Source: Candidatus Enterocola sp. (lineage in GTDB: Bacteria; Bacteroidota; Bacteroidia; Bacteroidales; Paludibacteraceae). Taken from it: DNA of 64,000 bases. This document shows, piece after piece, positions 1 to 9,454 of the stretch (the first letter of the stretch is position 1; each line of letters begins with the position of its first letter). Below the pieces are notes generated by a model. It saw only the letters and a program-made list of their open reading frames with translations, did not search any database and was not told the origin of the DNA. The position numbers were made by a program, and so were the translations under genes. Location of the stretch: the NCBI GenBank assembly GCA_045654205.1, contig JAZOMZ010000011.1, positions 764 through 64,763 on the forward strand. The letters run 5' to 3'.

Positions 1-3000
1 AGAACGAATAAATACAGCAACATTGCCTCCACAAGCCATACCTTTTGTATATTTATCATAGTCTTCTCTACTTCCTAGTTCGCTCCACAATATGCGTTCC
101 AACTCTTTGATGTCGGCAAGAGTAAGTTGTTCCATGTCATAAATTTTAGACAACACAGGCAGATTTCTATTTTCTGCCAAGAAATCCATTATTTTTTGCT
201 TATATGAAACAGATGTGATAATACCTTTGCTTTCACCATCGTAAGACAAAATATCTTCAATGTCAACGATAAACCATTTCTTCTTTTCGCCAATAAGAAA
301 TTGAGTAAGGTCTCTTAGTTCTGTGCGCACTTTTTCAAGCCATGGCAAAGTAGCATTTTCCCAACAAAGAGGGTCAGCAGCTTCTTTAATGATATTCATT
401 TTTGCTTGAATTTGAGGAATAGATGCCTTTTTTTGAAGTTCATTAGCCACAAATACCACATTTTTAATTGCTTTTATAGCACTTACATCTTCATCCAAAT
501 GTGAAAGTTCTATAGACAACATTAGCACGTCAAACTTCTTGGCATTTTCGTTTGACATTTCTTTTACAAGCAAAGGTGCGATATCATTTTTTAGTGATAA
601 AGTATCTAACTCAGAGATATACAACCATGTAGACTCATCTTTGAAACGACAAACTTTTTCCCATTTAGCCCTTACAGAAATGTGACTGTCTGAAAGCAAA
701 GAAACTTGCTTCTTAAGCAACGATTTTAGGTCGTCGTGAAGGCTTCTTGCAAAAGCATCTTCTTGATATTTTTGATGTTGCAGATAGAATGCAATTTCCG
801 TTCTAAGCCCAAACAAACGTTCGGTTAAGGATTTAGGTGCTGGTGCTTCTCTTCCGTCAGGATGTTGTTCAAAATATTCAAAATTGCGACACCAATCAAA
901 AATATAAAACTCTTTTTTGTCTTCATCACCAAATATACCCTCAGACAAGCGTGTGCCACGTCCTATCATCTGCATAAATTTGATTTTGCTCTTCACCGAT
1001 TTGAAAAATACCAAATTTAAAATATCTGGCACATCAATACCAGTTTCAAGCATATCCACTGTTACGGCAATTTGAGGTTCGCCATCTCTTACTTCAAATC
1101 TATTTATTAAATCTTGGGCGTATGTTACTTTGTTGTCGATAATAACGCAGAAATTAGGTCCATATTCAGGATAAAGAATATTGAATCGCTCTACAATCTG
1201 CTCCGCATGCGTGTGGCGATATGCAAAAATGATGGTTTTTCCTAGTCGTTCTCCACTCTGCACTTTTAAACCATTCTCCATCAAATCTTGCAAAACCTTA
1301 TCTATGGTGTCTGTATTGTGGATGTAATTAAATATTTCATTGCTGTTAATATCACGCGGTGTAGGAGTACCTCCATCCAATGCATTTCTCAGAGCTTCGT
1401 ATTCCCAAATTTGTTCCATTTGGTTTTTTTCATCATCTGTGAGTTCGCTGTATTTTATACCCTCTTTCAAAATAATTGAACCTCTTTTAAAACCTCTATA
1501 TTTTACCAAATATTTATCGGCAACAGCAGTTTCCAAATCATATTCATAATTTGGTTCGTCGTCTTCCAATTTAAATATTTCGTAGGTTGATTTATCAATA
1601 TCTTTTCGTGGAGTAGCCGTAAGACCCACTATTAATGCGTCAAAATAATTGAACACAGCTCCATATTTACCAAAAATAGAACGATGTGCTTCATCGATAA
1701 TAATTAAATCAAACCTACCAACAGAATATGGCTTAGTATCAGAATCTATGTAGTTTATCATAGTCTGATACGTCGAGAATGTGAGTCTAGCATTGTAGTC
1801 TGGTTCGCTAGTTTCGTTTAATACACAGGTAGGTTCGTTTGGCAGAAGTTTGGCAAAGTTTTTGTGTGCTTGATTTACCAACGCAGTTCTATCTGCTAGG
1901 AATAATACATTTTTTACCCAATTGTTGCGCTTTAAAACATCGACTAACGATATCGCCACACGAGTTTTTCCCGTACCTGTCGCCATTACCAAAAGACCTC
2001 TTCTGTGTTTACTATTGAAGTGTTCACATATAGATTTAATGGCAGTTTTTTGATAATAACGGTCTGTAATATTGTCGTTGATGTAGTAGTCTGAAATATC
2101 TTTTCTGCCTCGTTTTTGGATAAGAAGTTCCAAATCCTTTTCAGTATGAAAACTAAAAAGCTGACGTTGTGGATAACCTAATCCATCTATAATTTTAGTT
2201 ATAAATCCATTGGTGTAGTAAATAACAGGTCGCACTCCATATCTCTTTTCAAGGCAATCTGCATACAATTCTGCTTGATGTTTTCCTTTTTCTTGCGAAA
2301 CAGAAGTCTTTTTTGCTTCAATCACAGCAAGTGGTTTACCATTGCTACCAAATAGTACATAATCTGCATATCCTACTTCCTCTGTATTTGGCATGCCATG
2401 TACTTCTACTTCTATACAGGCTTTAGATGCTTGCACAAGCCCCTCTTTTTCTAATATATCCCACTTTGCTTCTCGTAGCATTAGGTCTATGTAGAGTTTG
2501 CGAGTTTCTGCTTCAGAAATGTCTGTTTTAATTGTAGTAACTGGTTCTGTAGATTTTATAGCATCTTTATCGGCTATATTTTCTATTTGATTAGTGTCAG
2601 AAACTTGAGCAGAAGCAATAAAGGTTTCTTGTGGAGCATTAGGAACTAATGAATTATTAAATGGAGTTACAGTTTCTACTATTTTTAGTTTTATGAGAAT
2701 AGCGGCTACTATATTGTAGATGTTGAGTAGGCAGAAAAAAGATTCACTTTTTCTTACCTTGCCAATATGTGCTCCAATGTTACCCACTTTACGCACATAG
2801 TGAACAGCCATCATAACCTTATTGTCATTGATAAAGTTTTTGAATGGCTCGCCATCTACCAATTGGAAAAGGGAAGTTTTTTCTTTTATCTCAATGTGTT
2901 TCATTGAATATATAGCAACAACCATATATTCCAATGCTTTACGAGCATGAATAGCACATAAATCTGGATTGCTTACTTGATTTTCTTCTGCTACAGCACA

Positions 3001-3054
3001 AAGTCTGTGCAATTCATCCAGTCCCAATTGCTTTAAGTAGTCAAAGTTTCTCAT
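1..3054 (-). CDS. hsdR: Type I restriction enzyme R subunit (HsdR); C-terminal end runs off the window
   Basis: My own minus-strand translation from ATG 3052-3054 stays open to position 1 (>1018 aa). It is absent from the ORF track because it is edge-truncated. DUF4145-like N-terminus, then SF2 motifs VMATGTGKT (Walker A), IIIDEAHR (DEAH) and GLTATP. It lies directly downstream of hsdM/hsdS. Confidence 0.9.
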   Translation of the reverse strand, partial: MRNFDYLKQLGLDELHRLCAVAEENQVSNPDLCAIHARKALEYMVVAIYSMKHIEIKEKTSLFQLVDGEPFKNFINDNKVMMAVHYVRKVGNIGAHIGKVRKSESFFCLLNIYNIVAAILIKLKIVETVTPFNNSLVPNAPQETFIASAQVSDTNQIENIADKDAIKSTEPVTTIKTDISEAETRKLYIDLMLREAKWDILEKEGLVQASKACIEVEVHGMPNTEEVGYADYVLFGSNGKPLAVIEAKKTSVSQEKGKHQAELYADCLEKRYGVRPVIYYTNGFITKIIDGLGYPQRQLFSFHTEKDLELLIQKRGRKDISDYYINDNITDRYYQKTAIKSICEHFNSKHRRGLLVMATGTGKTRVAISLVDVLKRNNWVKNVLFLADRTALVNQAHKNFAKLLPNEPTCVLNETSEPDYNARLTFSTYQTMINYIDSDTKPYSVGRFDLIIIDEAHRSIFGKYGAVFNYFDALIVGLTATPRKDIDKSTYEIFKLEDDEPNYEYDLETAVADKYLVKYRGFKRGSIILKEGIKYSELTDDEKNQMEQIWEYEALRNALDGGTPTPRDINSNEIFNYIHNTDTIDKVLQDLMENGLKVQSGERLGKTIIFAYRHTHAEQIVERFNILYPEYGPNFCVIIDNKVTYAQDLINRFEVRDGEPQIAVTVDMLETGIDVPDILNLVFFKSVKSKIKFMQMIGRGTRLSEGIFGDEDKKEFYIFDWCRNFEYFEQHPDGREAPAPKSLTERLFGLRTEIAFYLQHQKYQEDAFARSLHDDLKSLLKKQVSLLSDSHISVRAKWEKVCRFKDESTWLYISELDTLSLKNDIAPLLVKEMSNENAKKFDVLMLSIELSHLDEDVSAIKAIKNVVFVANELQKKASIPQIQAKMNIIKEAADPLCWENATLPWLEKVRTELRDLTQFLIGEKKKWFIVDIEDILSYDGESKGIITSVSYKQKIMDFLAENRNLPVLSKIYDMEQLTLADIKELERILWSELGSREDYDKYTKGMACGGNVAVFIRS

Positions 3055-3057
3055 ACG

Positions 3058-4098
3058 CTAATTGAAATAATAATCCATTCTGCTATTGAACAAGTTTTCC
3101 ACCTCTTTTATAGATTGTTTTATCAATTCTTTTTGTTTCTCTATAGCTTCAATCTTGGAAGCAAAGACTTGTTGAAGAGATAGAGGTGGGTATATAAAAG
3201 AAATTATATTAAGAATTCCCAACGTTAAATATTTTGTCAGTCCTCCAATTGATTGTTTTTGCAGTAAACAAAGTTGATTCTCCAAAGCATATTTAAAGAA
3301 AATGTAAGAACTATTATCTTTCAATGTTAAAATATATGTTCTCTGATATGCATTAAATTTTCCTTTATAGTATTTCACATCATAATTTGCTGTTGCATTA
3401 TTACCTGATAATAATAATGCTTCGCAATCAAAAGAATATGTATTTATACGATATATCTCTTTTGAACAAGTAAAAAAAGGGTATTTGCCATTTTCTACCA
3501 TAGCATTAGCATTAAGTTTCCCTGTTTTAGTATCAAACACATCTTTCCAACCCTTCAAATCCCATCCTTTATTATTCTTCACTGGGTCGCCAAACATTTC
3601 GTAGAATATAGATTGGGCAAGAGCATCCAACTCCTTAAGTTGCTGTTTCTTTTTTTCTATCACACCACTCAAACAATCCAATTCCGCCACTATCCTCTCT
3701 TGCTCCGCAAGCGGTGGAACAGGCACCTGAAGCTCTTTTAATAACTTATAATGCCTTGAGTACCCCAAACTTGGTATTTTGCATGACTCTAAATATAACT
3801 TAAAGAACTTTGCGTTTATCCTTTTAATAGGTTGTAAAATTTTAACTCCATCAGCACCTAATACAAAATCAAAGTCCACATACTTCAATATTCGTGTATG
3901 GTCTCCAAATATTACAACAGGAGTGACAATTTTAAACACATCCACTACATTATTCCAATAACCACTTACTAATCCATCTTCTTGTGATATAATAGGATAC
4001 AAACCTTGTTTAAGGTAATCATTGTTTGGTATTTTAGTAGTATATTTTACCTTTACAATGCAATCTTCAAATGGTAATATTTCCCAACCTTGTTTCAT
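3058..4098 (-). CDS. hsdS: Type I restriction-modification specificity subunit (HsdS)
   Basis: Two variable target-recognition halves separated by a conserved PPLAEQERIVAELD helix, plus a C-terminal PLSLQQ...IEAIEKQKELI helix. Start chosen at ATG 4096-4098 (MKQGWEILPF), 1 nt after the hsdM stop. The ORF-track start at 4137 would overlap hsdM by 38 nt. Confidence 0.85.
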   Translation of the reverse strand: MKQGWEILPFEDCIVKVKYTTKIPNNDYLKQGLYPIISQEDGLVSGYWNNVVDVFKIVTPVVIFGDHTRILKYVDFDFVLGADGVKILQPIKRINAKFFKLYLESCKIPSLGYSRHYKLLKELQVPVPPLAEQERIVAELDCLSGVIEKKKQQLKELDALAQSIFYEMFGDPVKNNKGWDLKGWKDVFDTKTGKLNANAMVENGKYPFFTCSKEIYRINTYSFDCEALLLSGNNATANYDVKYYKGKFNAYQRTYILTLKDNSSYIFFKYALENQLCLLQKQSIGGLTKYLTLGILNIISFIYPPLSLQQVFASKIEAIEKQKELIKQSIKEVENLFNSRMDYYFN

Positions 4099-4099
4099 A

Positions 4100-5596
4100 T
4101 TACATAAATTTGGTTTTGAAATCATTGATTGCAGCATTTATCTCATCTTCAAGAGCAGAAATTCGCTCCATTATCACTTCAGAAGGTTCGTATTCAACCT
4201 TTTCGCGTTCTATTTCTTTGTATTTGTTGATAGAAAGGTAGTAACCTTTTTCACGAATTTCTTCTACAGGCACAAAGAAAGATTTATCTTTTCTGCTACG
4301 TGATTCTTCTGCTTCAAGATTGTGGAATCGAGCAATAATATCAGGAATATCATTGTCAGAGATAGGATTTCGCTTGTCGTCCAATGAAAAACCATCTGCT
4401 TTCATATCGTAAAACCAAACCTTGTCTGTGCCACCTGCATTTGTCTTGGTAAAGATAAGAATAGCAGTTGATACGCCTGCGTATGGTTTAAACACTCCCG
4501 AAGGCATAGAAATAACAGCTTGTAGTCTTTGGTTATCTATTAATTCTTTGCGAATAGAAATATATCCAGAGTCATCATCTCTAAATAAGATTCCATCAGG
4601 AACAATAGTAGCACATCTACCGCCTAGTTGAAGCATTCTCACAAAGAGTGCAGAAAATAAAAGTTCTGTCTTTTTTGTCCTTGTAATAGCAAGTAGCGAT
4701 TTACTTACAGCATCGTAGTCCAAACTACCTTTAAAAGGTGGATTCGCCAAACAAAGTGTGTATTTGTATTGGTCTGTATTGTCTGTAGAAAGACTGTCAC
4801 GGTAAGAAATATCAGGGTTTTCTACTCCGTGTAGCATTAAGTTCATGGCACCAATACGAAGCATGGTAGCATCGGTATCAAAGCCATGCAACAAGTTGTT
4901 TTTGTAATGCTCAGCGTTTTCTTTTTTAAGTAGTTCTTTGTGGTAGTGTTCTTGAATGTATTTTGCACTTTCTACTATGAAACCAGCACTACCCATTGCA
5001 GGGTCGCAAATGGTGTCGTTTAGTGTAGGTTGCATCAGTTCTACCATCATTCTGATAATATGTCGAGGGGTACGGAACTGACCATTGTTGCCAGAGGCTG
5101 CCATCTTGCCTAAAATATACTCGTACACATCGCCCATGGTGTCGCGGTTATTCATATCCAAGGCATCAATACCTTCTACTATTTTGGTAAGTGTTCTTGG
5201 GTTTTGAATAATGAAATTTGCATTCTGCATAAATTTGCTATACGCACTTTCTTTTCCGCTATTTAGATTTTTGATAAAACTAAACACATCGCGACTCACA
5301 ATTCTAAGCATATCTTCTGCCTGCGCATTTTTAAATACGCTCCACCTGAGTTGCTCGTATGGCACTTCCATATTGGTGTCAGGGTTTAGCCACATACCTT
5401 TTTTAAAAGTTGGGTCTTTCACCTCTACTCCCATAATGCTTGCATTCGCCTCTTTTGTTTTTTGCGCATCATCAAGCATTTTCATAAAGAACAAATAAGT
5501 CATTTGCTCCAAAATAGTAATGGAATTGGTTATCCCACCTGTCCAAAACGTATCCCAAATATTATCAATCTGATTCTTAATTTCGCCTGTTATCAT
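4100..5596 (-). CDS. hsdM: Type I restriction-modification N6-adenine DNA methyltransferase (HsdM)
   Basis: Motifs DPAMGSAGF (AdoMet binding) and NPPF (catalytic), plus an HsdM N-terminal helical domain. Start taken at MITGEIKNQ; the ORF-track start at 5632 is 12 codons upstream. Confidence 0.9.
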   Translation of the reverse strand: MITGEIKNQIDNIWDTFWTGGITNSITILEQMTYLFFMKMLDDAQKTKEANASIMGVEVKDPTFKKGMWLNPDTNMEVPYEQLRWSVFKNAQAEDMLRIVSRDVFSFIKNLNSGKESAYSKFMQNANFIIQNPRTLTKIVEGIDALDMNNRDTMGDVYEYILGKMAASGNNGQFRTPRHIIRMMVELMQPTLNDTICDPAMGSAGFIVESAKYIQEHYHKELLKKENAEHYKNNLLHGFDTDATMLRIGAMNLMLHGVENPDISYRDSLSTDNTDQYKYTLCLANPPFKGSLDYDAVSKSLLAITRTKKTELLFSALFVRMLQLGGRCATIVPDGILFRDDDSGYISIRKELIDNQRLQAVISMPSGVFKPYAGVSTAILIFTKTNAGGTDKVWFYDMKADGFSLDDKRNPISDNDIPDIIARFHNLEAEESRSRKDKSFFVPVEEIREKGYYLSINKYKEIEREKVEYEPSEVIMERISALEDEINAAINDFKTKFM

Positions 5597-5901
5597 AGTG
5601 TGTGTTTTATCATACAAACAACAACTAAGCATAGCGTAAGTGCTACACTTAGAGGGGTTTAGTAATAAAATTTTAAATTAAATTGTGTTTTCAGCTTTAT
5701 TTGTAAGTTCTATTGTTTGGCATTTCGCCTTATTGGACTTACATCATACAAAAATACTCATTCCAAACCATATTTCAAAGGTTTGCGGGTGGGTATTTAT
5801 TAACATCTCGGTGCAAAAATACCACAAGGGTGTGTCATTTTTTTGCTACAGGGTGAAGGTTTTTGGAGAATTGTGGGAGATTTTTTAGAGATTTAAGCGA
5901 A

Positions 5902-5926
5902 AAAGACACCGCAGTGGGTGTCTTTG
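5902..5926 (-). terminator. Hairpin terminator downstream of the AlbA_2 gene
   Basis: Stem aagacacc/ggtgtctt followed by a T-run on the minus strand. Confidence 0.55.
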
Positions 5927-5954
5927 GAGGGATAGATTGTGACGGACACAGCAC

Positions 5955-5985
5955 GCAGTACTTCGACAAGCTCAGGGACCATGTC
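5955..5985. repeat. Short interspersed module ACTTCGACAAGCTCAGGGACC (inverted copy at 56949-56970)
   Basis: cttcgacaagctcag at 5961-5975 is the exact reverse complement of ctgagcttgtcgaag at 56952-56966, and the flanks are partly conserved. Confidence 0.7.
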
Positions 5986-6005
5986 CCTACTCTAATGTTT
6001 ACTTA

Positions 6006-7385
6006 TTACTTGTTCTTTAGTTGTTCTTTTAATGCGATACCTTTTGCTGTGAGGCGGTATTTTTGTTTTGGATGGTTTGGTTTGTCAGGATATACCATTT
6101 CTACAAAACCATCAACGATTGCTGGTAAAATTGTATGCTTCTTAAAATACCATCTAGACTTGTACACTAACTTATACACTAACTTGTACACTTCTAAGAT
6201 TTCTTCAATCGACAATTCATTGCTATCAATACTGTTAATCAGATTAATAACTTGTACACTAGGTTGTACACTAGAGTTGTCACTTGCATGGTCATGAGCA
6301 CTGACTTGCCCACTCACCGGCAAAGTTAATCTAATAAAGTTGGTTGTGAATTGGAAACAGTCTTCGCCGTAGGCTTTTAGGATACGAGGAATGCCAGACC
6401 CCAATGATTCTACAAGTTCTACATCACGGTAGATACGCATAAGTTCCTTGTTGCGTGGGATTGATATACCATGAAAGAATTCTTCTTTGGTAAGAGATTC
6501 TGGTAAGCGTCCTGCAGATGTTATTTCAAGTCTATCTGGGAAAATTTCAAATTTTGGTGGCACTTCAAATGAATAGTCGTTGTGCACAATTGCATTTATA
6601 ACAGCCTCACGGAGAGCGACTTTATTCCATAGTGGTGTTTCTATTCGTTCCATTGGAGTGATTGTTGCTGCTACTTTGTTTTCAACTTCAAGTTTAGCAA
6701 GAACACTTTTGGTTGCTTTGATTAGTGAACAATATCCGTACTCATTGTTTTCAATTAAATCACAACGATCTAGACTTGAATATTTAGCGACCTTTATTGA
6801 ATTTCCATTTTCATCTGCAAGAAGATATGCAACGTAATTGTATTTTTCTTCGTCTGTAAGTAGTTCTAATGTCCTTTTGAAGTTTTCATTAAGTCTTTTA
6901 CCATGTTCGTCGTAGTAAATACGTAATTGTTCAAAGGTTAAATCTTGACGATTTGATACAATACGACCAATAGAGTTGCGTGTGCGCATAGCAAATAAGC
7001 GGTCAATTTGCTCTTGTGGCATTTGTTCGGCAGACGAACCTACACGAATATATGCTCCACGTGGAGTCATTCCATATTTAGTTTTGAAATATGGTTTTTC
7101 TATTCCACTTGCAACTGTTACTTTAACTACAGTTCGCCCATTCTTTTGTTCTGTAGCAATGTCAAATAAACCCATTGCAGAAGGTGAAATATTATGTTTT
7201 ATACGGTCTTTAAGTTTGAGCATGCAATCGTCTACATTGTCTACTCCTACAACAGTTTCATCTTTATCAATTCCGATATAAATGTAACCACCTTCTTTAT
7301 AATTAAGAAACGCAATAACTTCCTTTTCTATGTCAAGATCCGAAGTTAATTCTAATTTATTTTCTATACGATTAGTTTCTGACAT
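6006..7385 (-). CDS. AlbA_2 (Schlafen-like) DNA-binding / HATPase_c_4-type ATP-binding protein with C-terminal winged helix
   Basis: N-terminal EKEVIAFLNYKEGGYIYIGIDKD (AlbA_2-like), central REAVINAIVHNDY, and a C-terminal KQKYRLTAKG tail preceded by short peptide repeats. This family is usually annotated as ATP-binding protein or RecG-like regulator. Confidence 0.75.
   Translation of the reverse strand: MSETNRIENKLELTSDLDIEKEVIAFLNYKEGGYIYIGIDKDETVVGVDNVDDCMLKLKDRIKHNISPSAMGLFDIATEQKNGRTVVKVTVASGIEKPYFKTKYGMTPRGAYIRVGSSAEQMPQEQIDRLFAMRTRNSIGRIVSNRQDLTFEQLRIYYDEHGKRLNENFKRTLELLTDEEKYNYVAYLLADENGNSIKVAKYSSLDRCDLIENNEYGYCSLIKATKSVLAKLEVENKVAATITPMERIETPLWNKVALREAVINAIVHNDYSFEVPPKFEIFPDRLEITSAGRLPESLTKEEFFHGISIPRNKELMRIYRDVELVESLGSGIPRILKAYGEDCFQFTTNFIRLTLPVSGQVSAHDHASDNSSVQPSVQVINLINSIDSNELSIEEILEVYKLVYKLVYKSRWYFKKHTILPAIVDGFVEMVYPDKPNHPKQKYRLTAKGIALKEQLKNK
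6161..6275 (-). repeat. Five copies of a TTGTACAC(T)-containing 12-mer inside the 3' part of the AlbA_2 gene
   Basis: cttgtacactaa, cttatacactaa and cttgtacacttc lie in tandem (6163-6198). cttgtacactag and gttgtacactag lie in tandem (6252-6275). They encode VYKLVYKLVYK and VQPSVQV. Confidence 0.8.
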
Positions 7386-7557
7386 AAGATGTATGTGTGT
7401 TTATTTTTAGATGTAAATTAGTTTTTTATTCTACAAATATACTCATTTTTTTGGTCTTTTCAAAGGATTATTTTTGATATTTTTTATAACTAGATTATTC
7501 ATTAAATGAAATTAATGATGAAATAAAACAATACAGAAAAGAAAGGAAGAAGTAGAG

Positions 7558-7595
7558 TTAAAAATAGAACTACTTGAAGAATCAAATAGTTCTAT
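7558..7595 (-). terminator. Hairpin terminator after the DUF1254/1214 gene
   Basis: Stem atagaacta/tagttctat followed by TTTT on the minus strand. Confidence 0.5.
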
Positions 7596-7676
7596 TCTGA
7601 CAGCCAATGCACTAACTTTACACTAGATAAAGGTTTCTCTATTGGCACTTCAAATATCTTCTAACATCAAAAAATG

Positions 7677-8711
7677 TTACTCATACACAAGTTCTGGTTG
7701 TTGCCATGTGCCATTGAAATAGGCTTCTTGTGGCAAATATAGGCGAAGGATAAATGTCCAACCTGGGAATATATCCAAATAATTGTCTGCAGTTTTGTCT
7801 TCTCCTCCAAAGTGAATTAGCACTTCTCCGGCTTCGTTGCTTGTGGCAAAAGAACTGTTTACATTGTAATGTTCACCTTGTGGATAACCGTCTGAGTCAT
7901 ATACAGTAATAGACCAAAAAGCATTGTCTGCCACAGGAACATCTTTTAAAAGCAATGTGCAAGGTTTAAATTGATTTTTTGTATAGCTTAAATATAGTGC
8001 CTGTTCTGGAGTAAATCCTCCCCAACCACAAGCAGCACCACAATTGTGATTTTCTAGACTCACCTCGCCTTTTTTACCAAACATTTCTGCGCTTGTAATA
8101 TTCTTTTCTACAGCAATAGTTTGATATTTTTTACGCATAGCAAGCACATCGTCCATGTTCCAATTGTTTGTTACAACGTATTCGCCTCTGTCTTCTTGGG
8201 TAACGAAAATGGCATCTTGCAGTTGTGTAACTATTTGCATATCAGCTTCGTCGCGCATATTTACTTGTGTTCTAAATAGAGCCAACACGTATCTACAACC
8301 CATATCTTCTTGAGTTATGGTATAGGTACCTGGCGCTGTAATAGCCATTGGATTGTAATGCTCCTCTGTTACAAACCATATACTTTGGTATCTACCATTG
8401 GTCTCTGGCATTGTAATGGTGGCATCGTGTGTTAAATCCAATACTACAAACGAATATCGGGTGTCAAAATTGATACGCACCACTGTTTTATCATTTGGGT
8501 CGGCAGCTGTGCGAGCATGAAACAACACACCTGTTCCGTTGGTGCCAGAACTTTGAGCAGCCCTGTTTACATAGTCTTTAAAAATGATTTGACTTTCTGC
8601 TAATGCATAATTTTCGTCTGTAAGTTGAGTATATTGCTCTGGAGTGTTGTTTTCACAAGAAATAGAAAACAGTGCCATTGCAATCAAAATAAAGTAATAA
8701 TACACTTTCAT
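7677..8711 (-). CDS. DUF1254/DUF1214-type lipoprotein, function unknown
   Basis: Lipoprotein signal (ALFSISC) and an FWSITVYD motif that I associate with DUF1214. Confidence 0.6.
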   Translation of the reverse strand: MKVYYYFILIAMALFSISCENNTPEQYTQLTDENYALAESQIIFKDYVNRAAQSSGTNGTGVLFHARTAADPNDKTVVRINFDTRYSFVVLDLTHDATITMPETNGRYQSIWFVTEEHYNPMAITAPGTYTITQEDMGCRYVLALFRTQVNMRDEADMQIVTQLQDAIFVTQEDRGEYVVTNNWNMDDVLAMRKKYQTIAVEKNITSAEMFGKKGEVSLENHNCGAACGWGGFTPEQALYLSYTKNQFKPCTLLLKDVPVADNAFWSITVYDSDGYPQGEHYNVNSSFATSNEAGEVLIHFGGEDKTADNYLDIFPGWTFILRLYLPQEAYFNGTWQQPELVYE

Positions 8712-8795
8712 AATAGCTGATTTTTGGGGTTAATTTGTCATTACGAAAATAAGCATTGTAAATTATATTTCAAAGAATTGCGGGGTAAAAGTTTA

Positions 8796-9446
8796 TTAGA
8801 GTGTAAGTTTAGTTGCTCCTTGCAGTTGGGCTTGGAGTTCGGTGCGGTTGATGGGATGAATGTAAAGAGCTGATGATGAGGGATATTTGGAAAAGAATGG
8901 GTTGGTGCTCATATATAGAATGATGCTGGTCATGTTCTTGGCAGAGTTTATTCCTTTGCAATAAGCATGGATTTTGGTCTCGTTTCTAGGAAGCACTTTT
9001 ATGCCCACCGTGCCGTCTTTCTTTTCTAACACGGCAATGATGCGTTGCTTTGGCTTTGTATCTACAAGTCCAACGTCTTTGGTGTCTTGTTTTATGGTGA
9101 TATTTCTGCCAAACTTTTGGTTTATTTCGTTCATTATTTTAACATAAATTGGGCCATGACTCCCCTCGTCTTTCAAGCCTTTGAATCTTATGTAATAATG
9201 AATCATTTCGTGAATGATAACGTCTTCTAGTTGGCGTTCTGTGTAGTCATACCTTGTGCTAAAGGTAAATTTTGGATCTATGTATTTCTTTTTTAGGAAG
9301 AATATTTTATACAATCTGCACGAAAACGAAGCTACTTGACCTTTCCTTTTGCTCAGTTCAATAGGAATCCTAGGAAGTTCGCCGCCAAATATCAACTTGT
9401 TAAACTCGTCAAACTTCGCCTCTATGTATGGTATGGTAGGTATCAT
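8796..9446 (-). CDS. SprT-like zinc-metallopeptidase-motif protein
   Basis: HEMIH(YY) HExxH motif in an SprT-like N-terminal context, plus an unknown ~100-aa C-terminal half. Its start is 8 nt after the hipA stop. Confidence 0.7.
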   Translation of the reverse strand: MIPTIPYIEAKFDEFNKLIFGGELPRIPIELSKRKGQVASFSCRLYKIFFLKKKYIDPKFTFSTRYDYTERQLEDVIIHEMIHYYIRFKGLKDEGSHGPIYVKIMNEINQKFGRNITIKQDTKDVGLVDTKPKQRIIAVLEKKDGTVGIKVLPRNETKIHAYCKGINSAKNMTSIILYMSTNPFFSKYPSSSALYIHPINRTELQAQLQGATKLTL

Positions 9447-9454
9447 GTTTTTAT

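Noticed and set aside
5863-6297. A 144-aa plus-strand ORF.
   Set aside because: It starts in the intergenic repeat and terminator region and then runs antisense to the well-supported AlbA_2 gene. The FDKLRD string is the typical spurious translation of the ACTTCGACAAGCTCAG module.
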